The translations under genes and the position numbers were made by a program. Positions 1 to 10,134 of a stretch of DNA of 62,142 nucleotides are shown here, one piece after another. How positions within the stretch are numbered: position 1 is the first letter of the stretch; each line of letters begins with the position of its first letter. Below the pieces are notes generated by a model that did no database searches, was not told the DNA's origin, and worked only from the letters and a program-made list of their open reading frames with translations. Source of the DNA: an uncultured Clostridia bacterium (GTDB taxonomy: Bacteria; Bacillota; Clostridia; Oscillospirales; Ruminococcaceae). The stretch spans positions 1-62,142 of the forward strand of contig CALERQ010000194.1 in assembly GCA_937907305.1 (NCBI GenBank), given 5' to 3'.

Positions 1-440
1 TGCGCCCCAAGACCCCCTTACCGCTAAGCTGCGGCTGGATACGGATTGGACTTTTGGGCTAATGCCCCAAAAGCCGATCCGTACGGCGCCGCAGATACGC
101 TCTTAAGGTGCCTGCGGCGCATTTTATTTTGGATTCCGCAGGGACCGAATTAAAATAAACACCTTATAAGCGTCGTCTAATCCCGCTCCGGGAAGCCGCC
201 CTTTGGCTTTCCGGGCGGGGTGTACCGACGCGTTACGGGTCTTTAGGGCGGAGCCCTGAATGACTTTTGCCTACTTTTCTTCATAGAAAAGTAGGCCCCC
301 GCCGGGCAGGCGTGCAAACTAAAACCTTTTATAAATCTTCGCGACGCCGAAGGCGACTACAAACTATCTCCCACCGGGCAGGCGTACCAGCCGTCACCCT
401 CCGGTGGCCCCGCCCCGCCGCCAGGCGACCACCAACCCAG
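1..440. repeat. Modular palindromic MITE/REP-like element, copy 1 (cut by window start)
   Basis: 1-310 is the reverse complement of ~20980-21290 with many substitutions; contains CCTACTTTTCTTCATAGAAAAGTAGG hairpin and CCCCCGCCGGGCAGGCGT terminus. Confidence 0.85.
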
Positions 441-565
441 CCCCGCGGCGAGCGGCGCTTCCAAAGCCCTGCGCAAGGCTTTTATCTTTCCCCGGGCTGA
501 CGGATAAAAAATCGACCCGTCAGCTCCGCCATCGGCAGAACCTTCGGGTCGTTTGTTTTACAGGC

Positions 566-892
566 TCACAGCTGGATCTTTTCCTCCTGCTCCTGGCCTT
601 TCAGGTACCGCACCTTTATGGCGCGGGAAAGGAGCGAGGCCAGCGTGCCCAGGCTCCCCAGCAGCCCCAGCCACCCCAGGAACATCCATGCCGTGATGTT
701 CCCGGCCGGGTCGCCGCCGCGGCTCAGCAGCTCCATCCCGCCAAAGAGGACGAGACACCCCGCCAGCACCAGCAGGATCTTCCCCGGCCTGGTCGTGGCC
801 TTGGCGGTGGAAAAGCCCACATCCAGCGTTACCAGCAGCAGAACGATGCACAGGATCGTCCCTTGAGAAAGCAGCGTGCGCATCAGGAACAT
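566..892 (-). CDS. Small membrane protein (about 3 TM), hypothetical
   Basis: 108-aa hydrophobic ORF directly after the upstream gene, GGAGG upstream. Confidence 0.7.
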   Translation of the reverse strand: MFLMRTLLSQGTILCIVLLLVTLDVGFSTAKATTRPGKILLVLAGCLVLFGGMELLSRGGDPAGNITAWMFLGWLGLLGSLGTLASLLSRAIKVRYLKGQEQEEKIQL

Positions 893-893
893 A

Positions 894-1523
894 TCACTTT
901 TCCTCCGTCTTTTCGTGGGATCCTTCGGCCGCCGCGGGTGCGCTCTCCTGCTTCAGCTTCCGCATCAGCGCCTCCAGCTCCTCCGGGCTCATGGTGCTGC
1001 GCAGCTGCTCCACCCGCCGGTCCAGGTCCTTCTGGGCCTCGGCTGCCGCCGCTTTGGCCTGCTCTATGTTCTGTTTTTGGTACGCGCGCGCTAAACCATC
1101 CGCGTACGCGCGTCCCGTGGGCGCGGGCGCGACCGGGATCAAAGCCGTCAGACCGCAAAGCACCAGCACCAGCTTCAGGCAGGTGATGGCCGCCCCGTAG
1201 CTGGGATATTCGGTGTGCAGGGTGGAAAGGTACAGCGCCTTATAGTCGGCAAAGAATATGACGGTAAGGACGCACCACACCAGGAAAAACCCAAACCCCA
1301 GGAGGAGCTTTTTGTTGCTGTCCAGCCCCCGGCGGTTGCAGAACAGAATGCCGCCGATGACCAGTAGCGCCAGCATCACCAGCTCCAGCAGCAGAAAGAC
1401 GGGCCAGGTGGCAGGCCCCTGGGCCAGGTATCCCCGGCTCAGGATGAGATCGCCGATGACCACCACCGCAAACAGTGGGATGGCCGCGATAAACCGGGCG
1501 CGGGGAGCAGTACTTTTTTCCAT
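894..1523 (-). CDS. Membrane protein (4 TM) with coiled-coil C-terminus, hypothetical
   Basis: ORF 894..1532; ATG at 1523 preceded by AGAGGTG; hydrophobic segments then charged helix. Confidence 0.75.
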   Translation of the reverse strand: MEKSTAPRARFIAAIPLFAVVVIGDLILSRGYLAQGPATWPVFLLLELVMLALLVIGGILFCNRRGLDSNKKLLLGFGFFLVWCVLTVIFFADYKALYLSTLHTEYPSYGAAITCLKLVLVLCGLTALIPVAPAPTGRAYADGLARAYQKQNIEQAKAAAAEAQKDLDRRVEQLRSTMSPEELEALMRKLKQESAPAAAEGSHEKTEEK

Positions 1524-1829
1524 CGTTGTCACCTCTTTCGCAGAATAAACGGCCCCAAAACGGCCGAAATTGTAAACTTTTTATTAAAAATTGTGAAATA
1601 TTAACCTCTCAGATGCAAAAAAGGGTCGATTTTGCCGTATTAGTGGGGGGAGTTTTTCGGCCCCTGCATCATCCGCTGTGATTTCAGCCACAGTGTAGCA
1701 TATGTTTTTCCCCTTGGCAAGTTTTTTCATCAAATCCGGCGATCCGCCGGCAGGGCACGGGCCCTCCGGCAGCAAATAGATTCCGGGCGGCGGCGTCCTG
1801 TCCCGCCCGCCAAAAAAGGAGGACCCACT

Positions 1830-2513
1830 ATGGATTGGGCTATCAAAATCGGCTATGCGGTGATGGTTTTCGCCATCATCATGTGCTTCATCTTCAGCAA
1901 GCGCGGCGAAAAGGAAATGCGCCATATGATCGACCGCTTTGCCCAGGCGTTCTGCAAGCTTTCCAACTATGTGCTGCCGGGCGGCAAAGCGCCTACGGCC
2001 GCGCTTGCCACCCGCAAAAAGGACGGGGTAATGCAGGCCCTGCCGGCCGCCGAGCAGCCGGAGGAGCTGCAAAAGCTGATGAAGCGGGGGACCGCCCGCC
2101 ACCTGGCGGAGCTGTACGGCCAGATGGAGGAGGCCAGCGCCGAGCTGGTGTACCGCTGCCGCAAGCACCGCCGCAACCGGGAGCTTTTCGCCGATCCCAT
2201 CCGGCAGATCTGCTACCTGACGAATGTGTTCCTGGAGGGCTGCGCTGACCCCAAGACCATCAGCGACCAGAACCGGATCAATGCCTTTGAGAGCTTCTAC
2301 ACCGAGCAGCTCAAGCACCGGGCCACCCTGCTCAAGAGAATCGCCGGCGAAAACGCCGAGCCGTTCCTGGAGCTGAACATGGACTACGACCTGGCCACCG
2401 TGGAAAAGATGGAGCTGGAGGCCAAGAAAAACCGCCGCAAGAATGAGCGGGAGGCCGCCGCCCGCAGAAAGCAGGAAAAGGCCGCCCAGCGCGAGATCAA
2501 CCGCAACAAATAA
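1830..2513 (+). CDS. Hypothetical protein with N-terminal TM anchor
   Basis: AAGGAGG RBS, host-like codon use, 227 aa. Confidence 0.8.
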   Translation: MDWAIKIGYAVMVFAIIMCFIFSKRGEKEMRHMIDRFAQAFCKLSNYVLPGGKAPTAALATRKKDGVMQALPAAEQPEELQKLMKRGTARHLAELYGQMEEASAELVYRCRKHRRNRELFADPIRQICYLTNVFLEGCADPKTISDQNRINAFESFYTEQLKHRATLLKRIAGENAEPFLELNMDYDLATVEKMELEAKKNRRKNEREAAARRKQEKAAQREINRNK

Positions 2514-2587
2514 CGCCCGCAAAATTTTTCACTGGATAAGACCCAAAATGGCGATCGCCACAGTGATGGAGGAAAAATTCCGAGAAA

Positions 2588-2766
2588 ACAGCAGCCGGGT
2601 GGGGGAGCAGCCACGGAGAAAGCGGCCCCAAAAGAGCGATTGAAAAGTCCATTGGAGAGCGGGGTGCTCACAGCGGTCGAAAGGGAAAATGGCGTACCAC
2701 CGGAGCTGATTCCGGGAGGACAGCAGCCGGGTGGGAAAGCGGCCACGGAGAAAGCAGCCCACAAAG
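2588..2766 (+). repeat. Imperfect ~47-bp direct repeat (2588-2634 and 2720-2766)
   Basis: ACAGCAGCCGGGTGGG..AGC.GCCACGGAGAAAGC.GCCC occurs twice, 132 bp apart. Confidence 0.7.
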
Positions 2767-3188
2767 GGCAGGCCGCGCCCCCATCGTGGCAGGGAGGACC
2801 AACAGCGGCCAAAAAGCAGCGACAGTGCGCCGTTGGGGACTGATTCTGTGGGAACAGCAATCCGTCTGGAAATCACCGCAAAATTTTCTCACCCGGTAAA
2901 GTGGCCCCAAAGGACGGGCCGTGGCATCCGGCAGAGAGATTGCCGCTGGGGCGGACTCCGAAGGAGCAATGACCCCGGCGGGAGGAACGGGATTTTGCGG
3001 CGGGCGCGCCGCAGCGGGGAGGGCTGCCCGTCAGGGTCAGCACGACTGAAAGCGGAGGGCGCGCCCGCCTTTCTGCCCGGCCGGCGGGAGCGCGGGTACC
3101 GGGCGGGGGAAATACAGCAGATACCAGAAAAAACAGCGAATACAGGAGGTTCCGCCAGATGACGGAAAAACAGATAGGAGGGAACGGC

Positions 3189-4628
3189 ATGGCCAAACGG
3201 CAGCCGACCGTTCTGCGCGTACCGGAAAATGGGGCTGGGGATCCCTTTTTTGGGCGGCAGGGCAATTGGTTCGAGGTTATTTTTGAATCTTCCTACGATG
3301 GCTTTTACATCACCGATGGCAACGCCATCACCCTGACCCTGAATAAAAGCTACGAGACCATCAGCGGCCTGCGTAAGGAGGAGATGGTGGGCCGCAGCAT
3401 GGCGGAGCTGGTGGCCAGCCGGGTCATTTCGGCTTCCGGCACATTGCTGGCCCTGGAACGCCGGGAATCGGTGACGATGGAGCAGCAGTTCAAAACCGGC
3501 AAGCGGGCTATCATCACCAGCACCCCGGTTTTCGATTCCGAAAGCAACATCGTCATGGTGGTCACCAATGTCCGGGATGTTACCGAGCTGTACTCCCTGA
3601 AGGAGCAGCTGGAGCAGAGCGAGGAGCGCAACCGGCTTTATTCCGCCGAGCTTGAGGCCGCCCGCAGCCGCCAGGACCGCAATCCATCCAGCCTTATCTT
3701 CCACGATAAGAGCATGCAAAATGTCATCAACCTGCTGAACCGCGCCGCCCAGATGGAGGTGCCGGTGCTGCTGCAGGGCGAGGTGGGCGTGGGCAAGGGC
3801 GCCCTTTCGGAGTACATCCACAGCAAGAGCAAGCGCCGCAAGGAACACTTTATCACCATACCCTGCGCCTCGCTGCCGGATGACACCATGGCGGCCGAGC
3901 TGTTCGGGCTGGGGCCGGGGGTCTCGCCGGAATACCCGCAGGGCAAGACCGGCCTGCTGGAGCAGGCCAACCGCGGGGTGGTCTTCCTGGATGAGGTGGA
4001 GCAGCTGAACCACGAAAGCCAGACCCGGCTGCTCTCGGTCATCAAGCGGCGGCAGGTAAAGCCGCTGGGCTACGGCGCCGATAAACCCTGCGACCTGAGA
4101 ATTATCGCTTCCACCAGCGCTGACCTGCTGGCCCTGGTGCGGGAAAAGAAGTTCCGGGAGGACCTGTACTATGCCCTGAGCGTGCTGCCCATCAATGTGC
4201 CGCCGCTGCGGGAGCGCCGGGAGGATATCCCCTACATCGTGACGGCCTATGCCGCCGAAATGAACAAGAAATACCACCAGAAAAAGCGCTTTGCCCCGGA
4301 GACCATCATCTGCATGCAGAGCTACAACTGGCCCGGCAATATCCGGGAGCTGCACAATGTGGTGGAGCGCATGATGATCATTTCCAAGAACAATGTCATC
4401 CAGCCGGAGGAGCTGCCCATCACCGATAACATCACCATCAGCCAGAAGGAGAGCGAGGAGTACTTTGAGCAGGTGAACCTGCACAAGCTGGTGGAGCAGC
4501 TGGAGATCAGCTACATCCGCCGGGCGTACAGCCGCTACGGTAATGTGCGCGACGCCGCCCGCAGCCTGGGCATGGATGCTTCCACCTTTGTGCGCAAGCG
4601 CAAGAAGATAGAGCAGGGAAGGGAATAG
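3189..4628 (+). CDS. PAS + AAA+ + HTH transcriptional regulator (RocR/TyrR-like architecture), GAFTGA loop absent
   Basis: PAS region, Walker A GEVGVGKG, Walker B VFLDEV, FREDLYY, WPGNIREL, C-terminal HTH; ELFGLGPGVSPEY where ELFGH..GAFTGA is expected. Confidence 0.9.
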   Translation: MAKRQPTVLRVPENGAGDPFFGRQGNWFEVIFESSYDGFYITDGNAITLTLNKSYETISGLRKEEMVGRSMAELVASRVISASGTLLALERRESVTMEQQFKTGKRAIITSTPVFDSESNIVMVVTNVRDVTELYSLKEQLEQSEERNRLYSAELEAARSRQDRNPSSLIFHDKSMQNVINLLNRAAQMEVPVLLQGEVGVGKGALSEYIHSKSKRRKEHFITIPCASLPDDTMAAELFGLGPGVSPEYPQGKTGLLEQANRGVVFLDEVEQLNHESQTRLLSVIKRRQVKPLGYGADKPCDLRIIASTSADLLALVREKKFREDLYYALSVLPINVPPLRERREDIPYIVTAYAAEMNKKYHQKKRFAPETIICMQSYNWPGNIRELHNVVERMMIISKNNVIQPEELPITDNITISQKESEEYFEQVNLHKLVEQLEISYIRRAYSRYGNVRDAARSLGMDASTFVRKRKKIEQGRE

Positions 4629-4775
4629 TTGCAAAAACGCAACGATGCGCAAAAACGCAACACCTCCGGATTTGTTCAAAAATTTTTAACGAATAGCCAA
4701 TAAAGCAAGGATTTAAGCGGAAAAACGGAACAAATTTTTTTGAGGATCGGGAGAAAATGTTGCGTATGCGCAACA
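4628..4775. promoter_or_regulatory. Three GTTGC-N6-GCAAC palindromic operator-like boxes
   Basis: GTTGCAAAAACGCAAC 4628-4643, TGCGCAAAAACGCAAC 4646-4661, TGTTGCGTATGCGCAACA 4758-4775. Confidence 0.65.
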
Positions 4776-4909
4776 CGGACTCCCGATTTTTCCGCAAAAA
4801 ACGCAAAAAACGCGGTAAAAACGCCCAAAACCGCGAAAGAGTCAAAAGCAAAAGTGAACAAAGGAATTCCCGCCAAAAATACACCCCTGCCAAACTTGTT
4901 CCGGGACGG

Positions 4910-4938
4910 TTTACAAGCCGAAAACAGGTCGATATAAT
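4910..4938 (+). promoter_or_regulatory. SigA-type promoter for the 4-hydroxybutyrate operon
   Basis: TTTACA-17 bp-TATAAT. Confidence 0.75.
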
Positions 4939-5094
4939 CGAAAATGAAAGCGGGCGGCCGCCGCGCCGTGCCCCTGGAGAAAGGCCCCGCTTTGCTGTGA
5001 AACCGGCCGGGAAGCCGCCGCCTGATTGGGACAGGGGAGCGGCCCGCCGGCAGAGGAGTTACCACAAAAAACTGTGACGAGGAGGAAACTTCAC

Positions 5095-6633
5095 ATGACC
5101 GAAATGACCGAAACCAAAAAAGTGGAGGTACCGGAAGGTTTTATGACCGGTAAGTTCCCGCTGAAAAAGCGCGCTTACGGTGAAGAGCAGCCCGGTATCA
5201 AAGTAGGCCCCTTCAAGATCCGTCTCCCCCTGATCCACCACGAGTGGTCCTGGACCGAGATGGCCGCCGCCATGTTCCTGGGCGTTGCCTGCCTGGGCGC
5301 TGGTGTTACCACCACCATGACCACCTTTGGTCTGGATGACCCCGCGAATATCGCTGCCCTCGGCTTTGATGAGAACGGCGTATTCCTGATGGCCCTGACC
5401 TTTGGTGTTCTGAACGCGATCTGCTACTACCTGCCCTCTCTGCTGGGCGACCCCGTAGTTCCCGGCTGGATCACCCCCGCGCTGCCCCTGACCCTGAAAT
5501 TCCTGCAGCAGTGGGACCTGCCCAACTACGCCACCGGACAAGTAGACCGTATTTACGCGATGATAGCCCTGCAGATGCTGGTCGCTCTCAGCTTCCTCAT
5601 CATGGGTGCTACGGGTATCGGCCGTAAACTGGTAGATGCCGTACCCATGGGCATCAAGGCCGGTATTGTACTGGGCGCCGGCGTAACGGCCGCGGTAAAT
5701 GTATTCTCCGCCCGTATGCCCAAGGCCCCCTGGACCGTTGCCATCGCTGTACTGATGTCCTACTTCTTCCTGTTCAACCCCAGCTTTGCCCGCAAGGCGA
5801 CCAAGAGCCGCTTCTGGAATGTGGTGCGTAACCAGGGCGTAGTACCTGCCCAGCTGTTCGCCATCATTCTGGCTCCCATCCTGCTGAAAGAGATCCCGCT
5901 GCCTCAGATCCAGTGGGGCTTCACTCCTCTCAGCTTCGGCTATGTTCTGGAGCACTTCACCATCTTTGGCCTGGGCTTCCCGGCCTGGAGCTTCTTCCTG
6001 GCGGCGATCCCCTCCGCGCTGGCGACCTACATCATCGCCTTCTCCGACTTTGTACTGGCGAAGGAAGTGGTGGCCGAGGCGACCTCTTACCGTCCCGATG
6101 AGAAGGTCATCTTCGATGCCAGCCGTTCCAACCTGGTAAGCTTCCTGCGTAACGCCATCATGGCCCTCTTCGCTCCCTGGGTTCCCATGTGCGGCCCGCT
6201 GTGGGCTTCTGGTCTGCTGACCATCACCGAGCGCTATAAGAGAGGCTACAAGACCATGCACACCTACTGGGATGGCGTCTGCACCTTCCGTGCCGCTACC
6301 GTCATTTCCGTACTCATCCTGCCGCTGGTCACCCTTATTAAGCCCGCGTTTGCCATCTTCTTCGGCATCACCATGGGCGTTCAGGCCTTCGCCTGCGGCA
6401 ACATCGGTATCCGTATGTGCCAGACCGCCAATGACCGCGGCGTTGCCTGCGTCATCGCCGGCGCGCTGACCTACTTCACCCCCGGCTGGGCCCTGCTGGT
6501 CGGTATCATCGTCTGGGCTGTTGTTGACGGCTCCGAGGCGATCATCAACCTGAAGAACCGCAAGAAGACCGCAGGCGGTCCCTCTCCGGAGGAGCTGGTT
6601 TTTAAGCCTGAGGACAAAAAAGGTTGCTGCTAA
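5095..6633 (+). CDS. Polytopic membrane protein, putative solute permease (substrate unknown)
   Basis: GAGGAGG RBS before ATG 5095; about 12 hydrophobic segments; first gene of catabolic operon. Confidence 0.8.
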   Translation: MTEMTETKKVEVPEGFMTGKFPLKKRAYGEEQPGIKVGPFKIRLPLIHHEWSWTEMAAAMFLGVACLGAGVTTTMTTFGLDDPANIAALGFDENGVFLMALTFGVLNAICYYLPSLLGDPVVPGWITPALPLTLKFLQQWDLPNYATGQVDRIYAMIALQMLVALSFLIMGATGIGRKLVDAVPMGIKAGIVLGAGVTAAVNVFSARMPKAPWTVAIAVLMSYFFLFNPSFARKATKSRFWNVVRNQGVVPAQLFAIILAPILLKEIPLPQIQWGFTPLSFGYVLEHFTIFGLGFPAWSFFLAAIPSALATYIIAFSDFVLAKEVVAEATSYRPDEKVIFDASRSNLVSFLRNAIMALFAPWVPMCGPLWASGLLTITERYKRGYKTMHTYWDGVCTFRAATVISVLILPLVTLIKPAFAIFFGITMGVQAFACGNIGIRMCQTANDRGVACVIAGALTYFTPGWALLVGIIVWAVVDGSEAIINLKNRKKTAGGPSPEELVFKPEDKKGCC

Positions 6634-6839
6634 ACCCAACTGAAAAGCCCAACGGATCCCACGCACAAGGGATCTTCCCCCCCTACGAAACCCCGGGAGA
6701 GGACCAAAGCCCCCGCGGCGCGCAGTCCTCTCCCGGCGGGTATGGGAAAGATGGAGCTGGCGTTCCCAAGGTCAGTTCCATCTTTTCCCGCCAAAGCGCG
6801 CTGCCCCAAATGACGAAACGACAAGGGAGGTAAACCGCC

Positions 6840-7952
6840 ATGAAAATGCTTTCCATCAAACCGACCATCTACAAATACAAGACCGCTGAGGAATTCGCGA
6901 AGGAATTCAAGATCGGCGAGGGTGACCTGGTGATCACCAATGAATATATCTATCAGCCTTTCTTTGGCAAGCTGAACCTGGGCTGCGATGTGCTGTATCA
7001 GGAGAAATACGGCGTGGGCGAGCCCTCCGACGACATGGCCGAGGCCATGTATAAGGACATTAAAGGCGACCATAAGCGTGTTATCGCCATCGGCGGCGGT
7101 ACCGTCATTGATATTTCCAAGCTGTTTGCGCTGAAGACCGTTTCCCCCATTCTGGACCTGTACGACGGCAAGACCGAGATCGTGAAGGATAAGGAGCTGG
7201 TACTGGTGCCCACCACCTGCGGCACCGGCAGCGAGGTGACCAATATCGCCATCCTGGCGCTGAACAGCCGCGGCACCAAGAAGGGCCTGGCGGTGGATGA
7301 GATGTATGCCGACAGCGCCGTGCTGGTGCCCGAGCTGCTGAACGGCCTGCCCTTCCGCTTCTTCGCCACCAGCTCCATCGATGCCCTGATCCACGCGGTG
7401 GAATCCAGCCTTTCCCCCAAGGGCAACGAGATGACCCGGATGTTCGGCTACAAGGCCATTGATATGATCCTGCACGGCTACAAGAAGATAGCCGCGGACG
7501 GCCCCGAGGCCCGGATGCCGCTGCTGGAGGACTTCCTGATGGCTTCGCTGTACGCGGGCATCGCCTTTGGCAACGCCGGCTGCGCCGCCGTTCACGCGAT
7601 GAGCTATCCCCTGGGCGCGACCTTCCATGTGGCGCACGGCGAAAGCAACTACGCCATGTTTACCGGCGTAATGAAGAACTATATGGAGATCCGCCAGGAT
7701 GGCGAGATCGCCAAGCTGAATCAGTTTATCGCCGATATCCTGGGCTGCAAGGTAGAGGATGTTTATGAGGAGCTGGAGAAGCTGCTGAATAATCTCATCC
7801 AGAAGAAGGCCCTGCACGAGTACGGCATGACCCGTGAGCAGATAGAGGAATTCGCGGACAGCGTGATAGCGAACCAGGGCCGCCTGATGGCGAACAACTT
7901 TGTGGAGCTGGACCGCGACCGCCTCATCAAGATCTATACCGAGCTGTACTAA
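6840..7952 (+). CDS. 4hbD: 4-hydroxybutyrate dehydrogenase (iron-containing ADH family)
   Basis: IGGGTVIDISK, VPTTCGTGSE, DALIHAVES, HAMSYPLG..HG motifs; adjacent to abfD/abfT. Confidence 0.88.
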   Translation: MKMLSIKPTIYKYKTAEEFAKEFKIGEGDLVITNEYIYQPFFGKLNLGCDVLYQEKYGVGEPSDDMAEAMYKDIKGDHKRVIAIGGGTVIDISKLFALKTVSPILDLYDGKTEIVKDKELVLVPTTCGTGSEVTNIAILALNSRGTKKGLAVDEMYADSAVLVPELLNGLPFRFFATSSIDALIHAVESSLSPKGNEMTRMFGYKAIDMILHGYKKIAADGPEARMPLLEDFLMASLYAGIAFGNAGCAAVHAMSYPLGATFHVAHGESNYAMFTGVMKNYMEIRQDGEIAKLNQFIADILGCKVEDVYEELEKLLNNLIQKKALHEYGMTREQIEEFADSVIANQGRLMANNFVELDRDRLIKIYTELY

Positions 7953-8008
7953 GCCCGAAAAGAAGAAACAGAGCCAACCAAACCCAAGAAAGAAAGGATG
8001 TAAACAAC

Positions 8009-9460
8009 ATGGCACTGATGACTGGCGAACAGTATATCGAAAGCATTAAGAAGATCAAAATGGAGATCTATATGTTCGGTGAGAAGTACAGCAACCCCAC
8101 CGAAAGCCCCATCCTGCGTCCCTCCCTTAATTCCGTGCGGATGACCTATGACCTGGCCCAGATGCCCGAGTACGAGGACCTGATGACTGTGGTATCCCCC
8201 TACACCGGCACCCGCGTGAACCGCTTTACCCACATCCACCAGAGCACCGAGGACCTCATCAAGAAGGTAAAGATGCAGCGCCTGTGCGGCCAGAAGACCG
8301 CCGCCTGCTTCCAGCGCTGCGTGGGCATGGATGCCTTTAACGCGCTGTTCTCCACCACCTATGAGTGCGACAAGGCCCACGGTACCAACTATCACGAGAA
8401 CTTTGTGAAGTTTATGAAGTATGCCGCCGAAAACGACCTGACCGTAGACGGCGCCATGACCGACCCCAAGGGCGACCGCTCCCTGGCGCCCCATGCCCAG
8501 GTGGACCCCGATATGTTCCTGCATATCGTGGAGCGCCGCCCCGACGGTATCGTGGTCCGCGGCGCCAAGGCGCACCAGACCGGTATCTGCAACTCCCACG
8601 AGGTCATCGTAATGCCCACCCAGTCCATGGGTCCCGATGATAAGGACTACGCGGTATCCTTTGCCGTACCGCTGGATACCCCCGGTCTGTTCATGATCAT
8701 CGGCCGCCAGAGCTGCGATACCCGTAAGCTGGAAGGCACCACCCTGGATGTCGGCAACTCCGAGTTCGGCGGCGTGGAAGCCCTGACCATCTTTGACGAT
8801 GTATTTGTTCCCAATGACCGTATCTTCCTGTGCGGCGAGAACGAGTTTGCCGGGATGCTGGTAGAGCGCTTTGCCGGTTATCACCGCCAGAGCTACGGCG
8901 GCTGCAAGGTCGGCGTAGGCGATGTTCTGATCGGCGCCGCCGCCGTGGCCGCTGACTACAACGGCGCTGCCAAGGCCAGCCACATCAAGGATAAGCTCAT
9001 CGAGATGACCCACCTGAATGAGACCCTGTATTGCTGCGGTATCGCTTGCTCCGCCGAGGGCCATAAGACCGAGAGCGGCAACTACATCATCGACCTGCTG
9101 CTGGCCAATGTCTGCAAGCAGAATGTCACCCGCTTCCCCTATGAGATCGTTCGCCTGGCCGAGGATATCGCCGGCGGTCTGATGGTCACCGCTCCCTCCG
9201 AGAAGGATCTGCGCGACGAGAAGATCGGGCCGTACATCGATAAGTACCTGCGCGGCGTGGCCACCGTTTCCACCGAAAACCGCATGAAGATCCTGCGCCT
9301 CATCGAAAACCTGGCCCTGGGTACCGCGGCCGTTGGCTACCGTACCGAATCCATGCACGGCGCCGGTTCTCCCCAGGCCCAGCGCATCATGATAAGCCGC
9401 CAGGGCAACCTGAACGCCAAGAAGGAGCTGGCCAAGGCCATCGCCCATATTGAAGAATAA
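8009..9460 (+). CDS. abfD: 4-hydroxybutyryl-CoA dehydratase/vinylacetyl-CoA isomerase
   Basis: CFQRCVGMD, AMTDPKGDRS, YHRQSYGGCK, ESMHGAGSPQAQR motifs. Confidence 0.95.
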   Translation: MALMTGEQYIESIKKIKMEIYMFGEKYSNPTESPILRPSLNSVRMTYDLAQMPEYEDLMTVVSPYTGTRVNRFTHIHQSTEDLIKKVKMQRLCGQKTAACFQRCVGMDAFNALFSTTYECDKAHGTNYHENFVKFMKYAAENDLTVDGAMTDPKGDRSLAPHAQVDPDMFLHIVERRPDGIVVRGAKAHQTGICNSHEVIVMPTQSMGPDDKDYAVSFAVPLDTPGLFMIIGRQSCDTRKLEGTTLDVGNSEFGGVEALTIFDDVFVPNDRIFLCGENEFAGMLVERFAGYHRQSYGGCKVGVGDVLIGAAAVAADYNGAAKASHIKDKLIEMTHLNETLYCCGIACSAEGHKTESGNYIIDLLLANVCKQNVTRFPYEIVRLAEDIAGGLMVTAPSEKDLRDEKIGPYIDKYLRGVATVSTENRMKILRLIENLALGTAAVGYRTESMHGAGSPQAQRIMISRQGNLNAKKELAKAIAHIEE

Positions 9461-9569
9461 CCTCCTCATAGAATAACCCCTTTATCTCCCCGCGGGGCAG
9501 GGCACAGGGCGCTGTGCCCCGGCTCTGCCCCGCCCCCTTTGCGGGGGAAAACCAAAGACCCAAGGAGAG

Positions 9570-9869
9570 ATGCAAACCATGCTGGAACGGATCGAACAGG
9601 TTCTGGATGAAAAAGTACGCCCCGCCCTGCGCACCCACGATGGCGACATCCAGGTGGTGCGGGTGGAGGACGGTGTTTTGTACTTCCGTATGCTGGGGCA
9701 ATGCAGCAACTGTCCCTCCGCGGTGGTAACGGCCGAGGAGCTGGTGGCCCCGCCGATACTGGAGGCGATACCGGAGCTGCGGCAGGTGGTGCTGGATACC
9801 ACCGTAAGCGATGAGCTGTGGCAGGACGCCATGGAGCTGCTGCGGCGGCGCCACGCCGGAGAAGCGTGA
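9570..9869 (+). CDS. NifU C-terminal/NfuA-like Fe-S carrier domain protein
   Basis: VRPALRTHDGDI...GQCSNCPS signature; AAGGAG RBS. Confidence 0.85.
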   Translation: MQTMLERIEQVLDEKVRPALRTHDGDIQVVRVEDGVLYFRMLGQCSNCPSAVVTAEELVAPPILEAIPELRQVVLDTTVSDELWQDAMELLRRRHAGEA

Positions 9870-10132
9870 GAATAGGCGTAAAGTACTGTGGGGGCTGCAA
9901 CCCACGCTATGACCGGGTGGCCGCGGTAAAGGAGCTGCAACAGCGGCACCCCGAATGGAAGATAGAGCCCGCCGGAGAGGGCGGGCAGGAGTACATCCTG
10001 GTGGTGTGCGGCTGTACCGCCGTGTGCGCGGGCCATACCCAGCTGGAGGCCACCAAACACAAATTTGTCATTAACAGCAGGGAGCAGCTTGCGGCTGCCT
10101 GCGAAGCGATAATAAAAGAAAACGAGGTGTAA
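9866..10132 (+). CDS. Small Cys-motif protein (KYCGGCNPRYDR...CGCTAVC)
   Basis: GTG start overlapping NifU stop (GTGA); stop 2 nt before abfT start. Confidence 0.75.
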   Translation: MRIGVKYCGGCNPRYDRVAAVKELQQRHPEWKIEPAGEGGQEYILVVCGCTAVCAGHTQLEATKHKFVINSREQLAAACEAIIKENEV

Positions 10133-10134
10133 CA

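Noticed and set aside
4671..4693. Rex operator upstream of the 4-HB operon (also 19924-19942 and 1591-1608)
   Set aside because: Half-site spacing does not fit the 18-bp TTGTGAA-N4-TTCACAA box.
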